Source: Lama glama (taxonomy: Eukaryota). Taken from it: 64,000 nt of DNA. The stretch is taken from contig CM052832.1 of the NCBI GenBank assembly GCA_028534125.1, forward strand, positions 14,944,001 through 15,008,000, given 5' to 3'. Both the position numbers and the translations under genes were made by a program. Shown in pieces: positions 14,360 to 26,438 of this stretch; position 1 is the first letter of the stretch; each line of letters opens with the position of its first letter. The notes below the pieces were generated by a model that had not been told where the DNA came from, made no database searches, and saw only the letters and a list, made by a program, of their open reading frames with translations.

Positions 14360-15449
14360 TACATTAAAATTTTTTTTTAATTTTTAGAATCAGATCTCCT
14401 CCCTTTTCCTTTGACTCTGAAGTAATACTATAAATGTTTTTATATCTTCAGGCTAATCATCTAAGATACTAAACAGAAATATCTTTCTTTGAATAGATAT
14501 ATCTCCCCTCAAAAAGATTACCAGTGGGTCACAGTTTTGTAAATTCAATCATCTTTATTTATGATTTATCTTAAACATTAGTAACTTTTTTAAAAAAAAT
14601 CACACTTTAGTCAAGGAATTGATATTTTATTTATTATTTATTGTTTATTATTCATTTTAAACTTGCTAGGAGAACCTAATTTAAAGGTTAGCTTTTTTTT
14701 GCAAATAACTACTCCTTAATTATCTTTCAACCATTGTTTTTAAAAATTGGAATAAAAAGATACCTTTTTACTCAATTTATCTGTCTACATTATCACACAT
14801 AACTGAATGCTACCCACTGATGAATAGTTAATTCAGTGGTTTAGTGTAGAGATTAGAATCTGCCCAGTTAGAGAATATACTACTGCATTTGAGCTAGTTT
14901 GTGCTGAAACCCTGAATAGAGACTGAATTACTGGGATAGGAGCCAGTTGCCTTCTGCTAAATGAATTGAGTCCAGATGACTCTTCCAAAACAGTTGTATT
15001 TGCTTTTGCATCCAGCTCCACATTCCAGGAAAGGATTTTTAGTCATTAGGAAGTATATTCTGTTGACTCCAGTACAATTCACAATGGCTTCAGCAAATAC
15101 TAAATGCAGTCCTTGCCTCTGGAGACTCCTCAGCATTTAAACTACCAACAGTCAATGGCCCTGGTTAGGTTTAATTTATCTGGCTGAGGTGCCACTTAAC
15201 AGTTTCCTCTTAATTCACTGAGTTTACAAATGCAAACTGCCTAGTGTAGAGCTCACTACACAGGAAGTAAATTTAAGGATTCTCATTCTAACTCATCTTG
15301 AAGGGACCCCATGTGGCTCAATATAAACCTAAGTTTCCAGGTTAAATCACAGTAAATGTAACTTGATTACACTTAGTTACACTTAGTAATTAATAGACAC
15401 ATACTTGGGTTAAAAAGGAAATAAAACGCCGTTTGTTGTCTTCAAACAC

Positions 15450-16100
15450 AGCAGTACTGAATGATTAAAACTGGAGAGCTGGAAAAAGATGTATCAGGCA
15501 AATACTAACCAAAAGAAAACTGAGATAGTAATTGTAATATCAGGCAAGATAGAATTTAGGTGAAAAACATTAAAGGGATAAGAGGGACATTTAACACTGA
15601 TAAAAGGAACAATCTACTAAGACAGTATAGCAGTCATGAACTTGTGTGCACCTAGCACACTCTTCATCTACATAAAGCAAAAAAAGCTGGGGAAAAGCTG
15701 ACAAATCTACAGCTATATCGAAGACTTTAAAACATCTTATTTAGAAATTGATAGAAAAAGTGACAGAAAAGGATTAACACAATTAACAAGTTTGATCACA
15801 TAGCTAAATTGAAGGATAACTTTGCATCCAACAAAGAATATATAAAATTTTCAAGCACACATGAAAGAATTATAAAAAGTACCCCTATATGAAGCCATAA
15901 AGGAGGTATTAAAAATCCCAGAGCATCATTAGAAACCAACAATAGAGCCAGCTTTACACACAGAGAGACATGCTTGGAAACAGAAAAAAATGATCTAAGT
16001 AATCCTTGAATTAAAGCACAAATCACAATAAAAAACAGTAAGCAAATAGAGCTGAACAATTTTGAAAACACTCCATGTCATGACTTACAGGATGCAACCA
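15450..16100 (+). mobile_element. LINE-1 ORF2 endonuclease remnant
   Basis: AAGATGTATCAGGCAAATACTAACCAAAAGAAA resembles the L1 endonuclease motif KIYQANTNQKK..ILISDKIDF; A-rich. Confidence 0.75.
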
Positions 16101-18702
16101 TTCACTTCTTTGAGCCCTAGATGATTTTATTAGAAAGCAAGTAGACGTGGACTTAACACTGGCTTCTCATCTACTTCCATCTGTCTTCACTGTGATTCTT
16201 TCCTTCTATAATTGCTAAATTTGGTGGCTACAGAAAGTTATGTATATAGAAGACCATATATTTTTGTTCATGGGTTTCCTCATATAGACACTTGCATTAG
16301 AGTTGCTCCCCTGAGTTCCTTTTGGGCCTAGGCTTATTGCTTTAATAGAGAAAAGTTTTATACTACAGCTCCCTTGAATGTTCAGAATTTTTGTTTTGGG
16401 ATGTACAGTCTTCCTCAAAAAGCTGCCCTTTAAATCAAGGGAACTATCAGGAAGCTTTCAGATACCGCTAGCAGCACACCTGACAAAGTGGCTTTAACAG
16501 CACTGGTTCTTTTTCTCACATAGGAAGTCAGAGATTGGCTGTTCCCTGTTGCTTCAGCAGCTCAGCAGTCAGGACTTTGGTTCAGCTTCTCATTGATTCT
16601 CTTGGCCTTCCCCTGGCAATCACAAGATGACTGTAGCAGCTCCAAGTTTCAGGTCCCCACCTGACAAGCAAGGAGGTATAGGGTTTCTTTTTGTACAGCT
16701 CTTCTTAATCATGGTGGGAAATCTTTCCGGAAGCCTCAGAGAGACATCCTCTCAGGAGCCATTGACCCAGAATTGGGTCTTACTGGTAGCAAGGAGGAAG
16801 GGAGAATGCTTGTGAGCTAGATAGCTATCATTGTCTGCCAGTGTCCACCTTAAAAGTGAAAAACAAGTTTCAGAAGGTGATGATCCACTTTGTGCCCGTC
16901 CAAACTAAGCAACAAAGCTAGGGTTCTTTGTGGTGGGAGGTCATTTTAGGGGCAGTCTCAAAGGCCCATCACACCAGTGCCTCTGCCTGGGCCTCAGGTA
17001 TGCACCCTGGGAGACTGCTAGAGGGAAAGAGGGGACACAGGAGTCTCCCTGCTCAGTCCACCCTTTCCAGATAAATACTTCCAATCTCAGTAAACACCCC
17101 AAAAGGAAAAGAGACATTTGTGTTTTTTCCTTTTTAAAAAGTAGGCAATTTCTTAGATAATTTTTGTTAACTAGACCTCAAGTGTTAGAATTGCTGTTGT
17201 ATACTTTGAAGTTCAAGAAAGCACTTAACTTACATATGGTTGAATAACGAAGGGCAGTAGATATTTTATTTGGAATTCTTACCACCAGCTAAGATGGGCT
17301 TTTAAATAAAGACCCCTCTGGATTAGAGACCTTTGACGTATAGATTGAAATCATAACTGCTTTCATAGGATTTTGAGAAAAACAAGTCTATAGCAGCACC
17401 CTGACTGGACCAAACTGACATATACCCTGCCCGAATCAAATCTTATCCCCAAACGTCTGAGCCAGATGTCTGTCTGTCAAATGTGACCCTGACACCTACC
17501 CTGACCTGTGTGCAAGAATCATGTGAGAGATAAAAATATCTCTCTCCAGTTGCTTGTGGCAGCATTTGAGAGAGAGCTTGGAGGTGAAAGTTGGGCTGTG
17601 AAAGGTTGGAGAAAAGTAAAATAGTTACAATGAACTCTGTCTTGGAGGATCTTTGCCTGTGAGGAATCTTTCTCTTATCACTATGACTTTAAAGAACTGA
17701 AATTCTTTCTTACTAAAGAGGAGCCTCCTTCTAAGAAAAATGCTAAAGCCCAGTTTTAAATACTGATAAATACAGGAATATTTCTTTACTTTTTATCATA
17801 ATCAATCATTGGTAGGATCACCTTAGATAGAATTCCCCAAGTAGATCCCCCAAGTATTAAAATAAAATTTGAAGGAAAATTAAGGAATAGTTAAAGCTAT
17901 TACTGATTGGAAGTGATTTATTAGATTAATAGAAGTGAAAATAAGTGCCACTAAATTTCACTGTACAGATGGCAGCATTATTTGATTTACACTAAACTAT
18001 AAAAATGCATCTATTTCATTAAGAAAAATGCTTTTATGTTTTTCCTAACTGCCTCTGACATAGAGTAAATAATGTATGTTAGTGTTGAATACAGAAGTTA
18101 CTAAAACTAAAAGTTTTAAGTAAGTTATATTGTGTTGCCATAATATTATTAAGTTGATTTGTGCCCTTAAAATGTGGAGATTGTTTCCTTTTCTGCACTT
18201 TTGGTTTAGGGAGAAAAAAATATTGGACAGTGACTGCTAAGGAGAACTCTGTATCCGCTTAGCAGAAGAGAAGTATGAATGATGTCTTCTGTGAACCTCT
18301 GTGAATCTTTCCTTGTGCCGCCCCTGACCTCTCCCAACACCCCCACCCCTGGCCTCCTGCTTTCGAAGCCTGATAGCTCTACTCCCAGACTCTGTCAGTG
18401 GAGGCCTGTGGCAGAAGCACAGGTGACACATCTCAGGAGCTAATCTGAGCATGTTTGGGCTGCCTAGGATCAGAGTATGGAGTTGACTTTCCAGATGAGG
18501 ATAGCCTGCCAGCTCAACCCACTTGTTTAGGCAACTTCATTGATGAATTCATGAAATACAGTCTAGCTAGTCTTAGGTGGCTGTGAAGTGCAATTATTTC
18601 TAAAAATGTAAAAAAGCAATTTAAATAAGAAAGGGTATTTTCCATTCAGGTAGACCAAAAGCCACATGGGGAAAAGAATGAGAATGGGGAAAGAAACAGG
18701 CA

Positions 18703-19285
18703 TGTTGGTGAGAGAAAGTAAAAGAATTTCTTAACATTCAGAGATGAGCTGTGGAGGTCAAGAAAGTAAAGTGATTGTGTTAAGGGGGAGAGTGGTCAGA
18801 CTGGTGAGGAACTGTGCTGAGTTTCTTTGGCAAGCTGGTTTTATGGGGTGAAAAAAATGAATGGACATAATATTCATTGGGGAGGGGGTGGTTTGGGATT
18901 GTATGTCCTGATTTTCATGCCAGCTCCACCTTCCCAAGGGGAGGAGGAATTTTTGTCCTTATTTAGTCTTGATCGGAAGTGTCACGGCGTTGGTGCATGA
19001 TGCATATTTCTTACCTGCAAGGCTAATTTTATTGTAATGAGGGCATAATGAGCAAAGTGTCAGAGATTCCTTCCTTATCCCACCTTTCTTTGTCTGCCTC
19101 CAGGACAGTTGTCAACCCAAAATGTGTGGTTTCTTATCAGTTTGGAGGTTCCTGCTTTTCTTTGCCTGCTCAAGGACACCCCACCACCACCACCCCCGCC
19201 GTTGTTTACAAGATGTATGGTTTCCTACCATTTGGCCGGTGCCCCCTTTTCTTTGCTCATGTATAGCTATCTGTCTGCTCTAACA
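18703..19285 (-). mobile_element. ERV1-type solo LTR candidate
   Basis: TGTT...AACA inverted termini; the minus strand starts TGTTAGAGCAGACAGATAGCTATACATGAGCA, similar to MER50-group LTR starts. Left boundary and TSD are uncertain. Confidence 0.55.
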
Positions 19286-21319
19286 GTTAAAATAGAAATC
19301 TGAGAAACTTTAGATTAAAAAAAGTTAAAGCACACAGAAGCTTAAATCTCTTACTCTTTTGTAAAAATGAAGACTTATATGCCACTTGCTCTTTCATTTC
19401 AGTTATGCTATATTGTTTTGCGTTTATCCAGAGAAAGCATAATGCATGGAGAATATAAATTATTTTACTTAATATAGGAATATATAGACCTAGGTAGAAA
19501 ATCAAAGGAATATGTAGTTTTCAGAATATAAAATAATATATACTTTCAAACAATCTTACCATTAAAAAAAAGAATTCCTTGATAGATAGTTAGCAAAAAA
19601 TTTCAAAATATAGCTCACGCAAGAATCTAGACCTTTAAATTGGCTTTTATTGTTTCTATTCTTAAATATCTCTAAAGAACTTTTGGAGTACTTATTTAAA
19701 ATTTTTGTTCATTCTGTGCAGACTTACTGAGTACCTACTATCTTTGGAAAGTATATTTGCCTTAATTTTTAATTTATTATAGAAAATAACATGGCAGTAG
19801 TAACAGGAAAAAGTTACCACAGCCCCAGGTATTTCCAGGGAAATCTTTCCCTTACCTCTCACCCCTTCTGCTCCTAGCAGAGATAGATAAACAAGTCAAA
19901 AGCTAAAAAAAGACATAACCTGAATCAGAAGCAAGGTGGATGCCTCCATAGATCAGAAACAGAGCAGAATTACAGAACAGGATGGGAAAATTGCAGCCTG
20001 TGTGTCCTTGGGTGGCTGATGGTTGGAGCCCTTGGATTAAGGGGGAGGCCAAGTGCTCAATGGAAAAGACACCAACAGCTGAGACTTTTAGAAAGACATG
20101 GGCCTAGGTTGGGAAAAGACATAGATGCAGTGGACAGTAAAGGATGGAGCCAAGGCATCTTCTGATTCCAGGGCCCATCTGCAGTATTCCCTATATTACC
20201 TTGGGACAGGAACCCTAAATTATGGCTTTAAGACCTGGCTCTAGCAAACATGGTAATGGCAGCATCACAAGTAAGCTCTTCACCAATTGGAATGTGAATT
20301 TACTTTAGGTGAAATGAATTTTATAGCATGGTCTGACAGATAACTTAAATATCTTCAGGATGTTCAAAAAGTAAACAGAGGAATAATTTCTATTTTTTTA
20401 TTCTTTTTTTTTATTGAAGTGTAGTTTATTTACAGTGTTAGAATAGCTTCATTTTTAAAAGAACAAAAAACCATGGAAACAAAGATGTACATAATGGAAA
20501 CAGATGGATATGTAAAGAACAAATAAAAATGAGCAATATCAGATAAAAAACGCACTAGAAATAGATAAGTCTAGCCTGGATGTGGTTGAAAAGAAAATTA
20601 GTAAATTGGAATAGAGTGAAAATTTCACCTGTAATGCACCAGAAAGACACAGATCTAAAAAAAAAAAAAAAAAATTACCAAAGGGCTAATGGGAGATACA
20701 GACTATATACTACAAAGACCTAACCACTGTAAAAAGTTGCCCCCTCCCCATCATTCTCTGTCAATCACATGCTCTGTGCATTTCTTTTTATATTTATGTT
20801 TTGTTGACTGATGCTTTACTGAGCTCGTGCAGGGTGCTGAGCTCTGATCTGGGCATACTGTGTACAGAGAGCCAAGAACAAGTCAGATAAGGATTGCCTG
20901 GCTCTCATGGACCTTGTGGTCTAGGCTATTCATCACTCTACCTCTGGCATCTACACAGTTTTCTGCCTCAAATTTGGTGTTCAGTGTAATTGGTTGAATG
21001 GGTAAATGAGTGAGGTAATTCATACCTCAAAATATCTTTAGTATAACTGTGGCCTTGATTATCTTGCTCTGTTTAGCCAGTTTTGCAGTGGTGAGAGAGA
21101 CAGGGAGGAGATGAGAAGAATCCTCCCTCCCTAGAGTATACTCTGCTGTTGTTGGTCTGTGACGCAGAGGAAACACTGGTAGGACCCTCACGGGCCTGGA
21201 GTCTGCCTGAGCTGTGTCCTCTTGTTTATTTCTGTTTTACAAATTGCCCAGGAAGATTCAGAATAAGACCAGCAATGTAAGCAATATTAATGTGTGATTT
21301 TTTCTTTTTCACTCTTCAG

Positions 21320-21364
21320 GCTGGAGTAAAAGGGACATTGGGAAGATTAGTTGGAATTTTTGAG
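21320..21364 (+). CDS. NUDT3: NUDT3 (diphosphoinositol polyphosphate phosphohydrolase 1) internal coding exon, 45 nt, AGVKGTLGRLVGIFE
   Basis: Pyrimidine tract and ttcag| acceptor, |gtaagc donor; the translation matches recalled human NUDT3 and includes the end of the Nudix box (..EE|AGV). Upstream exons are not seen in the window. Confidence 0.96.
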
Positions 21365-21423
21365 GTAAGCCTGTTAAAATCTTCGGTGCAATTGGTATCA
21401 TATTAATAACCACATATACCTTT

Positions 21424-21762
21424 ATCTTAGTCCATTCAGGCTGCTGTAACAAAATAGCATAAACAGTAGAAATTGATTTCTCAAAGTTCAAGAAGCTAGA
21501 AATTCCGAGATCAAGGCGCCAGCGGATTCATTGTCTGCTTAGGACCCACTTCCTGGTTCACAGACAGCTGTTTCTCTCTGTTTTCTCACCTGGCAGAACA
21601 GGGAATGTCTCTGGGGCTCTTTTATAAGGGCACTGATTCCATTCATGAGGGTCTTCTGTCATAACCCAGTCACCTCCCTAAGGCCCCTCCTCCTAACACC
21701 ATTACCTTGGGGATAAGGATTTCATCATATGAATTTTGGGAAGATGTATGCATTGTCCACTG
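21424..21762 (-). mobile_element. MLT1A-like MaLR solo LTR
   Basis: TCTTAGTCCATTCAGGCTGCTGTAACAAAATA...TTTTATAAGGGCACTGATTCCATTCATGAGGG...CATATGAATTTTGGG is typical of MLT1A. Confidence 0.82.
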
Positions 21763-22471
21763 CAGTCTTAATCTAGGAAAGATGCCATCTTTGTTTCACT
21801 TTGTTTTCAAAACAGTGCAGCATCAGCAGAGAATAACGTACTTTCTTTTTTAAAATCCCATGATCTCAAACAACTAGAATTATTTTTAAGAATTGCTTTT
21901 CCCATCCTTGCCTCTCTTCCTCTTCTCCAAAAATGTGAGGAGGCATAGACAAGTATAGAGGAGACAGTTGGAAAATAGAAGATAAGTAGCTATAGCAAAA
22001 GAGAGAGAAGCAAGGACATAGGCTGGAGTTGAGATTTGGAGAAAGAAGAAATGAGGGAATGAAGATGAGCAGGGTTAGTAGGAGAGGGGGAGATGTGTGA
22101 CATAATCAGCTTACTTGCATTGATGGAGCCCCTGCCCATCCAGTCTCTTCTGTTCTGATGTTCTAGCAAGTTAAATTTACTTTGGTGCCTTTTTCTCAAG
22201 GGGTCCTGAATCCCTCTCTCAGTATTCCTGAGAAGTTGCACTTCAGGGAAGAAGGAAAAAAGAGAGTGGTGAAGAGCGCACCCTCAAATTCAAGTGTGGC
22301 ATATTTTAAATAGGCCAGCTGGCACTATTTCATATCTGATTGTAGGACAATAAAAAGTAAAAGGAATCCTTGTGTCTGAGCTCTCTGGACTTAAGCATAA
22401 GAGTGTGTTTCATTTATGTAACCTCAGCTCTGTAAGGAAAAACCCTTTACCCTTCTATCTTTGCCCTTCAG

Positions 22472-22556
22472 AACCAGGAGAGGAAACACAGAACGTATGT
22501 CTATGTGCTCATTGTCACGGAAGTGCTGGAAGACTGGGAAGACTCAGTTAACATTG
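22472..22556 (+). CDS. NUDT3: NUDT3 coding exon, 85 nt, NQERKHRTYVYVLIVTEVLEDWEDSVNI(G)
   Basis: cccttcag| acceptor, |gtaagt donor; in frame with the previous exon; matches NUDT3 protein. Confidence 0.97.
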
Positions 22557-22667
22557 GTAAGTCGGCCCCTGATAGCCTCCAAAGAGCTCCTCACACCAGC
22601 CCTTGCCATGCCATAGGTCATTACCCAGAACCACAAACAGGAGCCTGATAAAGAAAAGAAATAACAG

Positions 22668-22773
22668 GGGAAGGGTGTAGCTCAAGCAGTAGAGTGCATG
22701 CTTAGCATGCACGAGATCCTGGGTTCAATCCCTGGCACCTCCTCTAAAAATAAATAAATAAACAAAACAAAAC
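22668..22773 (+). mobile_element. tRNA-Ala-derived SINE with a perfect 17-bp target site duplication
   Basis: AAGAAAAGAAATAACAG at 22651-22667 and 22774-22790; A and B boxes; A-rich tail. Confidence 0.92.
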
Positions 22774-24395
22774 AAGAAAAGAAATAACAGAAGGATGTGT
22801 TTAAACGGGCATGTCCATTTTTGAATTTGTGAAAGGTAGTATTTTGAAATGTTTAAAAGGAAGCCAAAGTTGGGTTGTACATAGTCAACAATTAGAAACA
22901 TGGCTCATAAAAATAAAGCATGTTGTTTCTAAAACCAAATTGGATCCTTCTGAGCAGATAATTGATGAAGGCCTCCACAATGCGAGGCCTGCTGCTGGCC
23001 GCAAATCCCAGACGAGAACAAGACCTTGGCTGTTCCTTGTGATACATATTCATATTGTTGGAGAAAACTGTTGGTTTGACGATGTGAGCCCCTCTCTCCA
23101 GAGTCGTATAGTAGGTTCAGAGTAGTGAGAGTAGTTTCCAGTTATATTCATGTAACCCTTCGGGTACACCCAGCTTTCTCCTAGGGAATGGTTTCCTTTG
23201 ATCTCAGATCATTATTGTGTGTATATCTTTTGAGCTAAAAATTGAGGTGATTAATGGTTGGCTCATGGTCTAATCTTTTAGCTCTGAAGGAAAGTATATT
23301 CTAGAAAAGTGTAATATTAATTTCTATTATAAATTGACAAACCAATAAAATTCACTTGCCAAACCCTCTCCCTTTATTGCTAGTATGTGCTTTGCCACCA
23401 TACCCATCACATTGTTGATCTGGATATTTCATAGCCCTTCAGCTTTTAATTGCTTTGTATTTAGTAAGAATGCAATAAGCTTAAGTATAGATAATTCAGT
23501 GGGGATGGGATGTATTAACAATAGATTCCTTGACAGCCAATGCTGGGGCCTGAAAAAGAGAGAGATCAGTGTGATGAGGCCCTGTCCTCAAAGTACGCTG
23601 TCGGATGGGGGTCACACACTTGTAATACTGATTTTTAAGGTACAATTACTATACTAATATCCAAATAAGCCTTGTACTACCACTTCTGAGAATTGACCCT
23701 AATGAAATGATCTAAAATATGAGGAATAAGTTTATAAGCCTTCCTTCAGATGAGCCTTCATCAGATGAAAAATTGGGTCTTGAATGTACAACTCAGCAAA
23801 TGATAAGGTCCATTCATCTGATGGAATGTTATGCAGCTGTTACACATACACATTTGAAAGCTATATACCATGGGAAAGTGATTATGAAACCGTGTTAGTG
23901 AATGAAAACAGGGTATAAGATTAGATATACGCTAATTAGAGCTACATTCAAATAGAAATTTGAAATGAAAACAAAGATGAGGTACTGGTTTTCACCTTAA
24001 GAATTGGCGATGATAAAAAATCATTAACAGTACTGGCAGGAGTGTGGTGAGGCCAGCATCCTGACACACACAAGCAGGACTGGGGATCGGTACAGCCTTT
24101 CCGGAAAGCACTCTGACAGTATATATCACAGAGTTCAAATGTTCTTTCTTATCATCTCAGTTCTAAGGATCTTTCCCTGAGAGTTTAAAAAAAAAAAAGA
24201 TTTTTTGAATTGTAGCATTATTTATAATAAATAAATTTCAGACTAGTGATGTCTAATGATAGGGAAATTGTTAAATAAATGACATTACATGCATGCTAGA
24301 TATTATGATGTAATAATGCAGCTATTAAATGGCATACTTTTTACAGTAGAGAAGAGTGCTGAAGAAACAATGTGAGGTACAAAAGAAGCAATAAC

Positions 24396-24436
<41 letters not shown>
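24396..24436 (+). repeat. (AAT)13 microsatellite at the MIR tail
   Basis: Perfect trinucleotide run counted by eye. Confidence 0.95.
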
Positions 24437-24437
<1 letters not shown>

Positions 24438-24650
24438 GCAACTCTTACAGCATGTACTCTGTACCGGGTATTGTTCGAATGCTTTACACATTAACCCTCA
24501 CAACAGACTTGTGAGATAGGTACTATTTATTATCTCTGTTTTATAGATGAGGAAAGTGGGGCACAGAGAGGTTCAGTAACTTGCCCAAAGCTTCACAGCT
24601 CATTAGAGCCAGTGATATGATTGGAGGCCAGCATATTAGCTTCAGTGTCC
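24438..24650 (-). mobile_element. MIR SINE
   Basis: Core TTTTATAGATGAGGAAA...CACAGAGAGGTTCAGTAACTTGCCCAA. Confidence 0.82.
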
Positions 24651-25020
24651 ATGTTCATAAGAACAACACTTCATCGGAGCCTCTGAGGATTCGGAGCACC
24701 TTAAAGCATGATCGTAATTATAGTTGTTCAATTACTGTGTCTTTGCAAATAAGACGAAAGAAAAGCAAATGCAGTAAGGTATTGAGAGTGGTTATTTCTG
24801 GCTTATAAGATTATGGGTAATTATCTTATTCTTTATGCTTTCTTCCGTTTTCCCAATTTTAGCCCAATGATCTTTTGTTACTTCTGTAAGAAAAAAAAAA
24901 TAAAAGATTTTAAAACATGCATTTGAAAAAAAAATTAAGATACACTGAAAAGTTAATAGTAATTGTGTTGGGATTATTTTTTCCTCTTTTTTCTTTTCTT
25001 TTATTTTCTTCTTCTTTTTT

Positions 25021-25111
25021 TTTTTTTTTCTTTAATGGAGGTACTGGGGGATTGAACCCAGGACCTTGTGCATGCTAAGCATGTGCTCTACCACTGAGCT
25101 ATACCACCCCC
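25021..25111 (-). mobile_element. tRNA-Ala-derived SINE or tRNA retrocopy
   Basis: Near-complete tRNA-Ala(AGC) body followed by TTAAAG and poly(A); candidate TSD TCTTCTTTTTT at 25010-25020 and 25112-25122. Confidence 0.88.
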
Positions 25112-25549
25112 TCTTCTTTTTTAAAAAATATATTTTCTTTTTTGTGGCTATGTCACTCTTATACAAATTTTTTGAAATAAATAACTGATTACAAGTCAGC
25201 CATCCTGGCAGTTCTGGAAGCTGATGCTCATGTTGATTTTTGTAGGAGAAGAGGGTGCTGGCTGGGCCTCAGGCACTTATGGACAAGCCAAGGAAGGCCC
25301 AGAGGCCCAGGAGCTCAAGAGGAAACCACTAGAAATGGTTTTCCTTGGAGGACAGGTTTCATACAATTACTATCAGCTCTTCAGTTTTCTTATTTCTTAC
25401 CTATTTTCTGCATTAGGCAGTTGTGTAGTATTTTAAGCATATAAACTGCTTGTATTACCCCTGTAAGAAAAGAAAACAAGAAGAAATATAATACATCTTT
25501 TTTTTGATTTTGGTAACCATGATGATCACTTTCTAATGTATAGAAATAG

Positions 25550-25614
25550 GGAATCACTATGTTGTGCACCTGAAACTAACATAGTGTAGGTTAATTGTAC
25601 TTCAGTTTTAAAAA
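25550..25614 (+). mobile_element. Very short 3' end of a cetartiodactyl-type L1
   Basis: GAATCACTATGTTGTGCACCTGAAACTAACA...TGTACTTCAG resembles recalled artiodactyl L1 3' termini. Confidence 0.65.
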
Positions 25615-25735
25615 GAAAATTATTGATAACTGTTGCTTCCATGTTTTTTCCTACATTTCCTCAAAAAGTTATAAGATCAGAAGCCTTCCATTGCTTCCTT
25701 TTTGTACTGATTTCTTTTTCTCCCTGCCTCCACAG

Positions 25736-25914
25736 GAAGGAAGAGGGAATGGTTTAAAATAGAGGATGCCATCAAAGTGCTGCAGTATCACAAACCAGTG
25801 CAGGCGTCATATTTTGAAACGTTGAGGCAAGGCTACTCAGCCAACAATGGCACCCCGGTTGTGGCCACCACATACTCAGTTTCTGCTCAGAGCTCAATGC
25901 CAGGCATCAGATGA
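25736..25914 (+). CDS. NUDT3: NUDT3 last coding exon, (G)RKREWFKIEDAIKVLQYHKPVQASYFETLRQGYSANNGTPVVATTYSVSAQSSMPGIR*
   Basis: ccacag| acceptor; phase-1 junction completes Gly; TGA at 25912-25914; C-terminus characteristic of NUDT3. Confidence 0.97.
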
Positions 25915-26432
25915 CTGAAGACTTCCTGTAAGAGAAATGGAAATTGGAAACTAGACTGAAGTGCAGATCTTCCCTCTCACCCTTGCTCTTTTCACCTCTC
26001 CTTACAGGCCTCCTCTTTCAAATAAGGCATGATGGGCAGCAGAGAAAGGGCTTATTGATATTGTTGCTGTTTGGTGTTAAGTGATGGGGCTTTTTTTTTT
26101 TTTTCTCTTTTTATTGAGGGGGTGGGGGTTGGGTATGTAATTTGTAAGTACTTTTGTGCATGATCTGTCTCTCCCTTTTCACACCCCTAAAAGTTTCTGA
26201 AGAGGCAAACAGCCTTTCCTCTGCCTTGGATTCTGAAGTGTTCCTGTTTGTCTCATCCCAGTCCTGGCCAGATATTTTTCTTTGATTTTTAATTTTTTTT
26301 ATTAAAAGATACCAATATGAGATGAAATCTTTCAAGAACTTGTCCTGTAATGTGTGTTAAGTCCAGTAGGTTGGTCACTTTCACTGCAGGACACATTTAT
26401 CTACACATTATATACTGGGCATATAATATGTA

Positions 26433-26438
26433 AATAAA
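26433..26438 (+). terminator. Proximal poly(A) signal candidate for NUDT3
   Basis: TGTA directly before AATAAA; strong GU/U-rich element (TTTTTTGTTGTTGTTG) about 40 nt downstream. Confidence 0.65.

Noticed and set aside
24303..24491. Poly-Ile hydrophobic ORF
   Set aside because: Translation of the (AAT)n microsatellite.
25912..25959. Stop-codon readthrough of NUDT3 (TGA-CTG)
   Set aside because: Not the TGA-CTAG motif; the extension would be only about 15 residues with no recognisable signal.
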